DNA of 61,249 nucleotides from NCBI GenBank assembly GCA_036339465.1, contig JAYZAY010000004.1:1-61249 (forward strand), read 5' to 3'. The position numbers were made by a program, and so were the translations under genes. A model generated the notes under the pieces. That model worked only from the letters and a program-made list of their open reading frames with translations. It did no database searches and was not told where the DNA came from. Numbering within the stretch: position 1 is the stretch's first letter; each line of letters starts with the position of its first letter. Source of the stretch: Myxococcota bacterium. GTDB taxonomy: Bacteria > Myxococcota > XYA12-FULL-58-9 > JABJBS01. Shown here one piece after another: positions 18,208 to 28,333 of the stretch.

Positions 18208-20157
18208 ATGACTAATTTGGGTGCGCGTGGCAAAGCCTGTACATGGTTTGGATTCCTCTTGGGAATGTTGGTATTGGGTTATATCGGTGTTGGGTATCTA
18301 GAGGTTGATACAATCGCGCTTACCTTGGTCGGTATGATCACCCTTGCCTTTTCCTTGGGTGTTGCTGAGGTTCGGAAACATTTTGAGTATCTAGAGCACA
18401 TTGACGTGGAACTTCATGGTTTCACGGTTGATGGGTCTATGGCGCCTAAAGTTTCGGATTTGCCGAATGGCCTCAACGAGGTTGCCAAGCGCTGGGTTTG
18501 GACTCAGGATGTCTGTTTGAATCTATTGGTAATGACTCCCTATTTTATGGGGCTGGTGGTCATGCTTGGGCTCATTGGAACGTTTCTTGGGTTGACCGAT
18601 ACCTTGAATGGTACCCGGGTTGCTTTGACGGAGATGTCTGATTTATCCGCAGTGCGAGAGAGTTTAACCAAGCCTATTGGTGGTTTGAGCCGGGCTTTCG
18701 GGACATCTGTGGCAGGGGTATTGGCATCGGCCATTTTGGGGGCGTTATCCACCATGGCGTCTTTGACTCGCCGGTCGGTGAGCAAAGAGGTGAATGGTTG
18801 GCTCGAATTGCATTTTAGGCATGAGGTTCCAGCGTATCGTCAGGCCGAATCCCTTGAGGTGGTTGCGAGAAAGCTTGAAGAATTTCCTGATTTTGTTGAA
18901 GGTTTGCGCCCGGTTGTTAATCAAATAGTCGACGAGATTCAGGGAAGGGTGGGAGGTCAATTTGAAATGTGGCTTCAGCATCGTTCTGAAGTAGAGAATA
19001 CCCAAAGGGAGAAATGGACAGCCGCCTTAGACCAGATAAACGCGGTCCAAAAAAATAGCTTTGAAGGGCTCTTAAAGGGTTGGTTAGAGAAGGATAAATT
19101 ATTGAATGAGCATCGCCAAGCGAACTGGAAGGAAGAGTTAGAGGTGTTTCGCGCTGCGATGTGTGCTTGGTCAGAAGAACGTCAGGAAGCAGAAACTGGC
19201 CGAGCGAAAGCCTTCAGTGAGGTGATGGAGAAGAATACCCAGCGCATGATGCAAGGTCTAGAATCGGCGAATACGACTTTTCTCGGGACCGTGGAAGCGA
19301 GCCGGAAATCCCTCCTAACAACCATTGAATCAAGTCAAAAAGCATTGGTCGAAACAGAGAATGAGATCCGCACTCTGGTGGTGGAATCTAAAGGTATGAT
19401 TGAAACGTTGGCTCAATCTTGTGATGAGATGGATAAACGTCGAGGTGAATATCTGGGTGAATTGGTTCAAACCTCTGAAACGGGGCTGGAGCGATTGTCC
19501 GAGGCAGTGGGTGAATCCTTGGCGAAATCCAGTCATGTCTATGCGGGCGAACTTAAGTCTCTCTCCGTTAATATTCAAGAAGAGGGGAATAGGCATATCC
19601 AGATGGTACAAGATGCCACCAGGGAGCTAAACGAGGTGTCCCAATCCTTTGCGGCCTTCTTGGAGGAGCAGCGGAAAAAAACGGATGTATGGCATAACTC
19701 TTGTGGTTCCGTGCTTGAGGGCCTTGAGGGTGCTCGATACGACATCAAAGTTCTGGCGGAGTCGCAAGGTGAGACGATAGTTTCGTTGGTGGAAGAGTCG
19801 AAGCGCCAATTAAACAAATTGACAGAGGCCTCCGAAGAAGAACTGCATGGTACTCGAAAGGAGATGACGGAATCGGCATCCTTGATCGCGACCAGTGGTA
19901 TTGAACTCAATGCTCTCTCCGAGATGTTTGGTGGCTCTGTTGAGCATTTTCGAGAATCCAACGCACAATTATTGGAAGGTATCAGTCGCTTGGAGCAGAC
20001 TTTGATGAAGGTCGGTGAGCAGAGCGATGAGAAGTTTTCTATTTATGTTGAGCAAGCGCGAGAAATGCTTGATCGGTCGATGTTGTCGCAAAAAGAGATA
20101 TTTGAACATTTGAGAGAACTGAGTCCTCGCAGCTCTAGTCCCGTTGTACCCTCTTGA
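18208..20157 (+). CDS. zorA: DUF802 / MotA-TolQ-ExbB-like membrane protein with a long coiled-coil tail, Zorya type III ZorA-like
   Basis: N-terminal TM helices, TPYFMGLVVMLGLIGTFLG and GLSRAFGTSVAG ion-channel motifs, long helical tail ending SDEKFSIYVEQAREMLDRSMLSQK; ATG 18208 after AAGGA. Confidence 0.8.
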   Translation: MTNLGARGKACTWFGFLLGMLVLGYIGVGYLEVDTIALTLVGMITLAFSLGVAEVRKHFEYLEHIDVELHGFTVDGSMAPKVSDLPNGLNEVAKRWVWTQDVCLNLLVMTPYFMGLVVMLGLIGTFLGLTDTLNGTRVALTEMSDLSAVRESLTKPIGGLSRAFGTSVAGVLASAILGALSTMASLTRRSVSKEVNGWLELHFRHEVPAYRQAESLEVVARKLEEFPDFVEGLRPVVNQIVDEIQGRVGGQFEMWLQHRSEVENTQREKWTAALDQINAVQKNSFEGLLKGWLEKDKLLNEHRQANWKEELEVFRAAMCAWSEERQEAETGRAKAFSEVMEKNTQRMMQGLESANTTFLGTVEASRKSLLTTIESSQKALVETENEIRTLVVESKGMIETLAQSCDEMDKRRGEYLGELVQTSETGLERLSEAVGESLAKSSHVYAGELKSLSVNIQEEGNRHIQMVQDATRELNEVSQSFAAFLEEQRKKTDVWHNSCGSVLEGLEGARYDIKVLAESQGETIVSLVEESKRQLNKLTEASEEELHGTRKEMTESASLIATSGIELNALSEMFGGSVEHFRESNAQLLEGISRLEQTLMKVGEQSDEKFSIYVEQAREMLDRSMLSQKEIFEHLRELSPRSSSPVVPS

Positions 20158-20170
20158 TTAGGAGCGAAAG

Positions 20171-20809
20171 ATGAGAGAGGAGCACACCGAAACTTCCCCT
20201 ATTTGGGTTATTTTTGGCGATTTGATGGCAGGGGTTGTGGGACTGATGGTTTTAATGTTGGTTTGGACCCTGACCTTCCAGGTTGATTTACAGGAAAATC
20301 TCAAACGGGAGGAAACGCGGCGTGTGGAAGAACAGGACCGGCGTATTGCGCTTGAGCAAGCGCTTGAGCGCCCTTTGGCTGAGGGGCTTATTACTTTGAA
20401 CGAGGGGACCATTGGGATTCGTGGAAGTGTGCTCTTTGCCCTAAACTCATCCATGCTGGAGCCGGAGGGCAGTACGCTTTTAAAAGAATTGGCGATCCCT
20501 CTAGAAGCTTATTTGGCAGGTGCAGATGAACTTATTATGATTAGTGGATTTACCGATGATTTAGTGATTCACAAAGAAAATTACTTATTCAAGGACAACT
20601 GGGAGCTTTCCGCCCAACGTGCTCTCACCGTGACTCGCTCCTTAGTAGGGAATGGCCTGCCCCCAAAAAGTGTTTTTGCGGCGGCATTTGGAGCGTTCAA
20701 ACCCGTGGTCCCCAACGACTCAGAGAACAACCGGGCTTTGAATCGAAGAGTTGAAATTGCACCCGTGCCTCGAACCAAACGACGTGCCATCGGAGAGGAA
20801 GTGCGGTGA
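20171..20809 (+). CDS. zorB: MotB/OmpA-like peptidoglycan-binding protein, Zorya ZorB-like
   Basis: PIWVIFGDLM TM helix with the conserved Asp; OmpA C-domain motifs GFTDD, NWELSAQRA, NRRVEI; RBS AGGAG. Confidence 0.85.
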   Translation: MREEHTETSPIWVIFGDLMAGVVGLMVLMLVWTLTFQVDLQENLKREETRRVEEQDRRIALEQALERPLAEGLITLNEGTIGIRGSVLFALNSSMLEPEGSTLLKELAIPLEAYLAGADELIMISGFTDDLVIHKENYLFKDNWELSAQRALTVTRSLVGNGLPPKSVFAAAFGAFKPVVPNDSENNRALNRRVEIAPVPRTKRRAIGEEVR

Positions 20810-21573
20810 AGATGGTTGGATCAGGATTAGATACTCCCCCCTACGTGAAGGAATTGAGGGAGCGGTTAGAGCTTCTGGCCGATACTCAGGCTGGAAATTT
20901 TGATGGGGCAACGCTTCGTTACGTCTCTGTGTGGTTGGATAAATTGGCAGCCATACCGCCGGCTAGGGGTCGAGCGGTGGTGGAGAAGCTCAAGCGGGTT
21001 TTGTTGGATTACCAGCAGCGTATTCATGAGGCCAGAGTGACCGCTGATACTTATCTCATGGAATTGGAAGCCGCCGGGCTTTTGGATCCCGATTTGAAGC
21101 ACCTCGTGGATGTGGGTGATTTTCTCGGGTTTAACCGGAAGGCCAAGATTTGTTTGGCGTTGAATTCTCGGGGGCGGGGTTGTGAGGTGTATCGTTCTGG
21201 CACCATTGTCGACTTATTGCATCCCGATGACCAGGCGCAATTGAGGTTGCTCGAAGAGTTAGAGGGGGATGAGGATATTGAAAGCGAAATATCCAATAAC
21301 CGGAAAGAGCGTGTAAATTTGGATGCGATGCAGCCTTCTCTACGCTATCTTCGTGAGGCGGCCGGGGAGTTTGAAGCGGTGCGCGCCATTGGGGAGGCGT
21401 CCAGGAAGGTTCCGGAAGTGGCGGGGCCGTTAAATGCTCAAACTCTTGTGACCAAATTACTACAGATGGCAGATAATATTTCCCCTGTCTATATGAAGCG
21501 AATCGTTGGATATTGGGAAATCCAAAGACAGCTTGAGCAATTGCCCGAGCAACGGCCAAAATTGTCTTCATAA
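20806..21573 (+). CDS. zorG: DUF2894 family protein, Zorya type III ZorG-like
   Basis: VPEVAGPLNAQTLV..LL.....ISPVYM..IVGY signature of DUF2894; GTGA start/stop overlap with the OmpA gene. Confidence 0.75.
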   Translation: MKMVGSGLDTPPYVKELRERLELLADTQAGNFDGATLRYVSVWLDKLAAIPPARGRAVVEKLKRVLLDYQQRIHEARVTADTYLMELEAAGLLDPDLKHLVDVGDFLGFNRKAKICLALNSRGRGCEVYRSGTIVDLLHPDDQAQLRLLEELEGDEDIESEISNNRKERVNLDAMQPSLRYLREAAGEFEAVRAIGEASRKVPEVAGPLNAQTLVTKLLQMADNISPVYMKRIVGYWEIQRQLEQLPEQRPKLSS

Positions 21574-21592
21574 ATTTCTGAATGGTGATAGT

Positions 21593-22849
21593 TTAGCTTG
21601 GCAATGAACGCCAATCGGAAATACCGGAAACTTTCACACAAATATCATCCAGGGAAAGGGGCTGGGAGAATCCAAATCCTTGGCCGTAGTGGCATCCCAG
21701 GGCCTGGAGAGCAAGCATTTGAGCTTTAGTCTCGATGCCCTCAGCCACAACTGTCAATTTGAGACCTTGAGCGAGACCAGTAATAGCTTTTACCACCTTC
21801 ATCGCTTTCGAATTTTCTGACATCGCAGTGATAAAGCATCGGTCGATTTTAAGATTGTCGAGATCGAATTGGTATAAATAACCGAGACTTGAGAATCCGG
21901 TTCCGAAGTCGTCTAGGGCGAGGGTTAAACCCATCTCTTTACAAGTGTTGATCCAGTTGGTGGCGACTTCTGGATTATCCATAAAGAGACTTTCGGTGAT
22001 TTCTAGTTTGACTTGATCGACGGGAGCCTTTGTTTGGTCCAAAATATCTCGAATTGTATCCAGAAACCCCGGGTGATTCACTTGTTTGGGTGAAACGTTG
22101 ATGGCAACGAAGGGGGATTTGTTGTCGCATGGGTTGCACAGCTTCGGTAAGTCGGTACAGGCTTGTTCTAGAACATATGCACCGAGGTCCACAATCAAAC
22201 CAGTTTGTTCTGCTACAGCGACAAAATGAAAAGGGGAAAGCAGCCCTCGTGACGGATGCAGCCACCGAACCAAGGCCTCAAATCCGGCAATGGCGCCCGA
22301 TTGAAGGTCGACAATGGGTTGATAGAAAACCCTAAACTCATTATTCGCAATTCCATTGCGGATTTCGACTTCCAGTCGAATGCTGGTAATGGCTGCTTCA
22401 GCCGGCTCAGTTCTCGTAGTATACTCACCGGTTGTCTGGTCGTTTCGAGAAAGTTCTGGTTGAATTCGTTTGCTGGGAGAATCCGCTTGAAAGTTGGCCA
22501 AACTCGCTCGGTAGCGCCGCAAAATCACTTTGAGTAAGAGGTTGACGAGGCTATCGCCCTTAGTGAGGTGTTGATTGATTTGGTCTCGCGTGATGGCAAT
22601 CAGTGTGAGCGTCGTTTTTGCTCGGGCACTGGCGCTTCTTGGGGCGGCATCAATGACGGCCATTTCACCAAAAAGTTCTCCTTGACTAATGGTGGAGATG
22701 AGGAGCTCTGCTCCATCTCGATCCACGAAGATTTCAACACTACCGCTGTCAATAATGAAAGCGGTGGTCCCCACCTCCCCTTCCTGAAAGATTGTTTCCC
22801 CGGGTTGGAACTGGAGGTAGCTCATGTTGCTTGAGGGTGTAGATGTCAT
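21593..22849 (-). CDS. Cyclic-nucleotide-binding domain + EAL c-di-GMP phosphodiesterase
   Basis: cNMP motifs IFQEGE, GELFGEMAVID..PRSASARA; EAL motifs YQPIV, FEALVRW, INVS, LEITES, LDDFGTG, LKIDR, AEGIET. Confidence 0.92.
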   Translation of the reverse strand: MTSTPSSNMSYLQFQPGETIFQEGEVGTTAFIIDSGSVEIFVDRDGAELLISTISQGELFGEMAVIDAAPRSASARAKTTLTLIAITRDQINQHLTKGDSLVNLLLKVILRRYRASLANFQADSPSKRIQPELSRNDQTTGEYTTRTEPAEAAITSIRLEVEIRNGIANNEFRVFYQPIVDLQSGAIAGFEALVRWLHPSRGLLSPFHFVAVAEQTGLIVDLGAYVLEQACTDLPKLCNPCDNKSPFVAINVSPKQVNHPGFLDTIRDILDQTKAPVDQVKLEITESLFMDNPEVATNWINTCKEMGLTLALDDFGTGFSSLGYLYQFDLDNLKIDRCFITAMSENSKAMKVVKAITGLAQGLKLTVVAEGIETKAQMLALQALGCHYGQGFGFSQPLSLDDICVKVSGISDWRSLPS

Positions 22850-22977
22850 AGTTGGTGCTTATGGGTCCTCTTTCAGAAATCCTACCAGAGAGAACAGCAC
22901 CAACGCAAAACGGGGTCGATGTTTATTTTGTAACTGCCGGATAATGTTGGTAAAAATAATTTTCTCCCCATTTGTCC

Positions 22978-23004
22978 GAAACGATTTTTCCTGGTGACCG
23001 ATAA
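22978..23004 (+). promoter_or_regulatory. Possible sigma28 (FliA)-like promoter GAAA-N15-ACCGATAA
   Basis: One mismatch in each box relative to TAAA-N15-GCCGATAA, with exact spacing, 45 nt upstream of ATG 23050. Confidence 0.35.
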
Positions 23005-23049
23005 GTTACAGGTGCTGAGCGCAAGGCGATGCCAATTTAGGAGCGAAAA

Positions 23050-25323
23050 ATGATCCGTATTTCAAATATGGCACCTGTATTTTTGACGAATGGAGGTCAG
23101 TCACCGTCCAATTCCGAAAACCTTCCCGCAAATAATTCCGAAAACCCTCCTGCAAATACCATGTTGGTGATTTCTGGAGATTCGTGGTTAGGGACCACGG
23201 CCCGGGTATGTGGTATACCGAGGCTAGATTCTCGCGTTAGAGAAGTGACTGGCTTTGGGGTAACCGAGTCGATTTTTTCGAAACCGCAACAAGACGAAGG
23301 TGTTAAATTACGAACCATTGCTTGTGAGTTGGTGAGTGCTACTCGGGAAACCGATGAACAGGAACGAGTGAACAAATTAAAGATTGTTTTTGCCAGACAT
23401 CCAGAAATGCTCCAATGGATTCTTGAGCGAAGGAATATTTCCGAGTTACTTGAGGCGGCGGATCTTCCGGGATTACCACCTTCGGTGAAATCGGGATTGG
23501 ACTCATTAGATTATCTTATATCATCAGCGAATGATGTGTTTCGTGCAAAAAGGATCTACGACAAATTTGTCATTGACGCAGGTGCTCTCAAGGAGATGTA
23601 CAGTGCGTACTCCGAAGGCGAGTTAACAGAACTTGTGGCCAAAGAGCTGCCGAGTCGAGTGCTCCGGCATGGTAAAGATTATGTTGTGAATATGTTGGTC
23701 GCACGGGCCATCAATGAGGGAAAGCGGAATCTGCAAGCACTCTCGGTCGACGACCGTCGGGCTATTTTGGATTATGTCCCGGACGCACCTTTTAGATATG
23801 TTGGTATCCAGTTACATGACTCGATCAACGAAGCGAAGCTTTCTGAGACCCCGGCGGTTCAAATGTTACTGGACCCGGAAACCGGCTTCGATCTAAATCA
23901 GGTCCCCCCAACTTTTCGAGAGTTCTTTAGGCTCATTCTAAGTGATTATTTTGATTCTTTACCTTTCGAAGACAAAAGCCGAATGGTCGAAGCTGTCTTG
24001 GCTTTGCCCCCCGATGCAACGCCCATAGAAAAATTGGGATGTTTGGTTCATAACTCGGGCCCAGTGATCCAGAAACTGTTTCAGCTTTTCGCCCAGGACG
24101 TGAAATCTGATTTTCTTGGGGAATTGATGCACGAGTTAAAGGCCAATGTACGACCTTTCCCCACCGATGAGGCGGTCAAATCTATCGAGGAAAGCTACGG
24201 CGAATTCATTGAGGATATGTTTGACGATTTCCCCACGAAGCCAGCCGCAGCCGCTAGTATTGGGCAGGTTTATGTTACGAAACTCAAGGATTCCGATCGG
24301 GAAATCGTGGTCAAGGTTCTACGACCAGGATTGCGTGAAAAGGCGGCAAGAGAGATTGAGCTCTTGAGAAATATTGCTCCGAATGTAGGTATGCAGAAAA
24401 TTGTAGACCGATTGGAAGAATCTTTGAATGGCGAGCTCGATCTAGCCCTTGAGCATGCCAATATGGGATACGCTAGTGTGTATGACAAGGAGGACTATGC
24501 CATTTCCGGTTGTAAGCCTGTCGCTGAATTTAAACCATGTTCGGATATTTTGGTGATGGATAAAGCTCCAGGTAAGCCCATCCATAAGGCCTCGGTGAAA
24601 TCAGCTGCGGTGAAGAACCAGGCGTTAAAGAACCTGATGGAAATTTGGCTCCGAGAATCGTTTTTCGGGAATGGATTTTTCCACGGAGATCTACATGGCG
24701 GAAATATTTTCTTTCGAGAGGTGGACCGCTCGGATTGGTACGCTCAATGCGCGGAGGACCCATTCTATGCTATCCATCCCCAGATGATTCCAGAACCACC
24801 GCCTCCCTATGAGTTAACCTTGATTGATTTTGGGAATGCGTCGAGCTTAACCCGACAACACCAACGCGCTCTCTTGGGATTGATTCTAGGTGCGGAAACA
24901 GGTTGTAGAGATACCATGGTGGATGCCGTTGGTAGATTTCATGAACTTGATTCGGACGCCGAAGAGATGCTTGAGGATTTCATCCAAGATCTTATGGATG
25001 ATGGTGTTGGTGGTTCGGAGATAATGAATCGACTGGTGAACTTTACCATCGAAAAAGAGATGAATATACCCAAAGAGTTGCTCCTGTTCAACCGGGCACG
25101 TGCGTTTCTAGAAAAGCAGATTGAACAGACGAATCAATCCTTAGCTGAAGCAGGGAAGCAGGGAGAGGTGGAGGTTAGTTCCATTTATAAGTCAGTGATC
25201 CGATATGGTGTGGCCAAGGATCTTATCAAGTCGTTGTTCTGGGTACAGTCAGAGCGTGAGGCCAGAGTTCCAACGAGCGTTATCTCTGATATCGTATCTA
25301 ATTACTTGTTGCCTGCTCCCTAA
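23050..25323 (+). CDS. ABC1/UbiB/AarF atypical protein kinase with a long N-terminal extension
   Basis: GPVIQKLFQ, AAASIGQVY, VVKVLRPG, ELDL..E, FFHGDLHGGN, LIDFG; RBS AGGAG. Confidence 0.85.
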   Translation: MIRISNMAPVFLTNGGQSPSNSENLPANNSENPPANTMLVISGDSWLGTTARVCGIPRLDSRVREVTGFGVTESIFSKPQQDEGVKLRTIACELVSATRETDEQERVNKLKIVFARHPEMLQWILERRNISELLEAADLPGLPPSVKSGLDSLDYLISSANDVFRAKRIYDKFVIDAGALKEMYSAYSEGELTELVAKELPSRVLRHGKDYVVNMLVARAINEGKRNLQALSVDDRRAILDYVPDAPFRYVGIQLHDSINEAKLSETPAVQMLLDPETGFDLNQVPPTFREFFRLILSDYFDSLPFEDKSRMVEAVLALPPDATPIEKLGCLVHNSGPVIQKLFQLFAQDVKSDFLGELMHELKANVRPFPTDEAVKSIEESYGEFIEDMFDDFPTKPAAAASIGQVYVTKLKDSDREIVVKVLRPGLREKAAREIELLRNIAPNVGMQKIVDRLEESLNGELDLALEHANMGYASVYDKEDYAISGCKPVAEFKPCSDILVMDKAPGKPIHKASVKSAAVKNQALKNLMEIWLRESFFGNGFFHGDLHGGNIFFREVDRSDWYAQCAEDPFYAIHPQMIPEPPPPYELTLIDFGNASSLTRQHQRALLGLILGAETGCRDTMVDAVGRFHELDSDAEEMLEDFIQDLMDDGVGGSEIMNRLVNFTIEKEMNIPKELLLFNRARAFLEKQIEQTNQSLAEAGKQGEVEVSSIYKSVIRYGVAKDLIKSLFWVQSEREARVPTSVISDIVSNYLLPAP
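23110..23157. repeat. 24-bp tandem duplication (2 mismatches) encoding NSENLPAN/NSENPPAN
   Basis: AATTCCGAAAACCTTCCCGCAAAT followed by AATTCCGAAAACCCTCCTGCAAAT. Confidence 0.9.
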
Positions 25324-25353
25324 GGTTATTTGGACGGATGATTTATTCATCGG

Positions 25354-25902
25354 TCAAGGCGCACAAAGAACGCCGCCGGTGTTCACATCAATGAGAAAGT
25401 CTGCGGTTGCTTCGAGTTTTGTAAATGAGCGCGGGCGTTTGCCATTTACTTGAGAAATGATTGTTATGGATTCCGATGCAACATAGTCCCTAAGCTCAGC
25501 TGAGGACACAGTCAAATCTAGTTCGGTTGCACCCTTCTCAAAGGGACCACCAGAGGCAATCTCGACGGGAGGTAGGTCTCGGCAGGTCATGAAGAACTTG
25601 ATGGTTCCAAGAAACGTAAGATCTTGGTTTTCGTCCCCACTCAGGATTTTGAGCCTGAAGGAAGTCAGGGTTGCACTGTCTATCTGAGGAGGTTCCACAC
25701 CCAGATCTTTGAACTCTTCTTTATCTCTCAACGTTATATTAAGAAAATCACCAAAACCCAGATCGCTAACCAATATTTCGATGATACTTGTGCCTTGAAT
25801 GCTGGCCCGGGCAGTTTTTTGCACATGGACTTGGTCAAGTTCGCCACAGGTGAGATTAAATAGGAGAATACTGAGACCGAGACAACGTAGAGGTTTCTTC
25901 AT
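25354..25902 (-). CDS. Hypothetical secreted protein or lipoprotein
   Basis: MKKPLRCLGLSILLFNLTC signal-like N-terminus (ATG 25902); beta-sandwich-like body. Confidence 0.65.
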   Translation of the reverse strand: MKKPLRCLGLSILLFNLTCGELDQVHVQKTARASIQGTSIIEILVSDLGFGDFLNITLRDKEEFKDLGVEPPQIDSATLTSFRLKILSGDENQDLTFLGTIKFFMTCRDLPPVEIASGGPFEKGATELDLTVSSAELRDYVASESITIISQVNGKRPRSFTKLEATADFLIDVNTGGVLCAP

Positions 25903-26127
25903 TACTCTCGATTGATGCGCATAATCGAGAATATAGCAACTGTCAGTGTTTCTTTCGTTTTCCAATAATCCCATCCATTGTTTTTGTTGAGTACATGAGC
26001 CCTCTCTTAACAAAAATCATGAACAAAATTATCTCGCACAGTGCGACATGAGCTGACTCTTGCCATGGAGGATGAACTCAGTTTCTCGTGTGTGGTGAAT
26101 CTTCGGTGACTTTGAAGAGAGGGGAGC

Positions 26128-28176
26128 CTAGTTCAGTCCTAATTGTTTGGAGAGGTACACGAACTCCAGCGCATACCGCTTGGCGTGTTGGAGGAGATTT
26201 GCTCCCGCGGAATGTCCACCTTCAATATTCTCATAGTAGCACACGGGGTGCCCTTGTTTTTGGAGGCGAGCCACCATTTTACGGGCGTGGCCTGGGTGGA
26301 CGCGGTCGTCTTTGGTGGAGGTGAGTAAGAAAGCGCGCGGATATTTTTTATCTTTAAATATATTCTGGTAGGGCGAATATTTCTCGATTACGGAGCGCAT
26401 TTCAGGATCTTCGGGATCGCCATATTCTGCAGACCAGCTGGCTCCCGCGAGAAGCTTGGTGTAGCGGAGCATGTCTAAGAGTGGAACTTGGCACACCACA
26501 GCGTTGAAGAGTTCGGGACGTTGGATGAAGGTGGCGCCGACTAGGAGCCCGCCATTGCTGCCGCCCATGATGCCCAGGTTATTGGGTGAGGTTATTTTAC
26601 GGGAAATCAGATCTTCTCCCACGGCGATGAAGTCATCGAATGCCCGTTGCCGATTTTTTTGGAGTGCTGCTTTATGCCAACGGGGACCAAATTCTCCCCC
26701 ACCACGAATATTGGCGATGGCATAGGCCCCACCTCTTTCCAACCATAATTTTCCGGAGATGGTGGTGTAGGAGGGCGTTAGGGATATTTCAAACCCACCA
26801 TAGCCATAGAGAATGGTGGGCGTCTGGCTATTGAGGGGGATGTTTTTGTGGTGGAGGAGAAAGTAGGGGATTTTTTCGCCATCCTTACTGGTGGCAAAGT
26901 GCTGATTGACCACGAGGTTGTTGGCGTCAAATCGCGTGGGTAGGCTTTTGAGTTGAGTCACTTTATTCGTATCCACGTGGTATTCATAGAGGCTACCGGG
27001 GGTGAGGTGGTCTTCATAACCCAATAGAACCTCCGCACTGTGGCGATTGGCGGAGATGACAGAAACGGAACCGGTGGGGGGCAATGGCACCTGACGGGTT
27101 TTCCAGGTTTGATTTTTGGGGTCGAAATCGAGTTTTAGTATTTGCCCCTTCACATTTTGTAAGAGGGAAACGTAGAGCCCGACCTTGGATACCGAAACGC
27201 TATCGACACTTGTTTGGTTGTCGGGGGTGTAGAGGGAATCGACGGCTGGTAGAGTCCCTGTGTTTTCGAAATCCTTTAGGGAAAAGGAGAGCAAAGAACC
27301 CATGGGAAAGGTTTGTTCCCCTTGATGGGGCGTCCAGGCTTCTCTGAGGGTGATGATGAGTCGACTTTGGTAGATGGCCTGTATTTCAGCAGAGTCTTGA
27401 AGTGGGATCCGCTTCAAGGATTGATCAGGCATGAGCCAATAGTAGTCAACACGATAGAATGATGTTCGGCGAATCAGAACCACCGAGGTTTTCTCATTTT
27501 CGTGAATGACCCAGGGCCATAGACCCATATCTTCCTTTTGGCCCTCGAGGAGGGTCTTGGCTTCGGCCAACGGCGTGCCGCGTTTCCAGCGCTTGAGAAT
27601 TCTTGGATAGCCAGAGTCTGTGAGGCCGCCTCCCCAGTCGGTGCCTACGAGGAGGCTGTCTTGGCTTATCCAAGTGGCCCCAGATTTGGCTTCTGGGATT
27701 TCAAATCCTCCCTCCACAAAGGAGCGGGTGGCGATATCGAATTCTCGGGTGACACTTGCATCTTTGCCTCCACGGGAGAGGCTCAACAAACAGCGATTGA
27801 AGTCGGGAGCGAGGCAGTCAACGCCAGCATAGACCCAATTTTCATTTTCATCTTTGGCCAGTTTGTCCAAGTCGAGGATGGTTTGCCATTGGATATCTTG
27901 GGTTCGATAGGATTTGAGGGTGGCGCGTCTCCAAAGACCGCGAATATTGTTCTCATCCTGCCAAAAATTGTAGATGTAACCGTCGCGGATGGAGCCATAG
28001 GGGATCCGATCTGTGGCATTTAGAATGGTTTTGGCCGATTCTAGAAATTCTGTGTAGCGGGTATCGGCTTCGAATTCATTGATCGTTTCTTGGTTCTGTT
28101 TTCTTACCCAGGTGAGTGCTTTTTTGCCTTCGATGTCTTCAAGCCAGAGAAAAGGGTCATGCTGATTGGATTCCAT
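26128..28176 (-). CDS. Prolyl oligopeptidase (peptidase S9A)
   Basis: DPFLWLED start, YGYGGF, NIRGGGEFGP, GGSNGGLL nucleophile, DDRVHP and GGH triad residues. Confidence 0.95.
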   Translation of the reverse strand: MESNQHDPFLWLEDIEGKKALTWVRKQNQETINEFEADTRYTEFLESAKTILNATDRIPYGSIRDGYIYNFWQDENNIRGLWRRATLKSYRTQDIQWQTILDLDKLAKDENENWVYAGVDCLAPDFNRCLLSLSRGGKDASVTREFDIATRSFVEGGFEIPEAKSGATWISQDSLLVGTDWGGGLTDSGYPRILKRWKRGTPLAEAKTLLEGQKEDMGLWPWVIHENEKTSVVLIRRTSFYRVDYYWLMPDQSLKRIPLQDSAEIQAIYQSRLIITLREAWTPHQGEQTFPMGSLLSFSLKDFENTGTLPAVDSLYTPDNQTSVDSVSVSKVGLYVSLLQNVKGQILKLDFDPKNQTWKTRQVPLPPTGSVSVISANRHSAEVLLGYEDHLTPGSLYEYHVDTNKVTQLKSLPTRFDANNLVVNQHFATSKDGEKIPYFLLHHKNIPLNSQTPTILYGYGGFEISLTPSYTTISGKLWLERGGAYAIANIRGGGEFGPRWHKAALQKNRQRAFDDFIAVGEDLISRKITSPNNLGIMGGSNGGLLVGATFIQRPELFNAVVCQVPLLDMLRYTKLLAGASWSAEYGDPEDPEMRSVIEKYSPYQNIFKDKKYPRAFLLTSTKDDRVHPGHARKMVARLQKQGHPVCYYENIEGGHSAGANLLQHAKRYALEFVYLSKQLGLN

Positions 28177-28333
28177 AGAAGTCTCCGTTGGGGATGAAAT
28201 CCTCGGTTGAGGACTTTGGGCAGGGTCTGGGTCGATTTGAGAATGCACAGCGGGCAAGGATGCTGGAGAGGCAGAGATTAACGAAGGCTCTCACTTTTTT
28301 GTCCTAGCGCTAATGGATACCTTGAGGGTGGCG

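Noticed and set aside
18208..20809. Flagellar MotAB, ExbBD/TolQR or gliding AglRQS
   Set aside because: The long helical tail, the flanking DUF3348/DUF2894-like genes and the absence of motility or TonB genes fit Zorya better.
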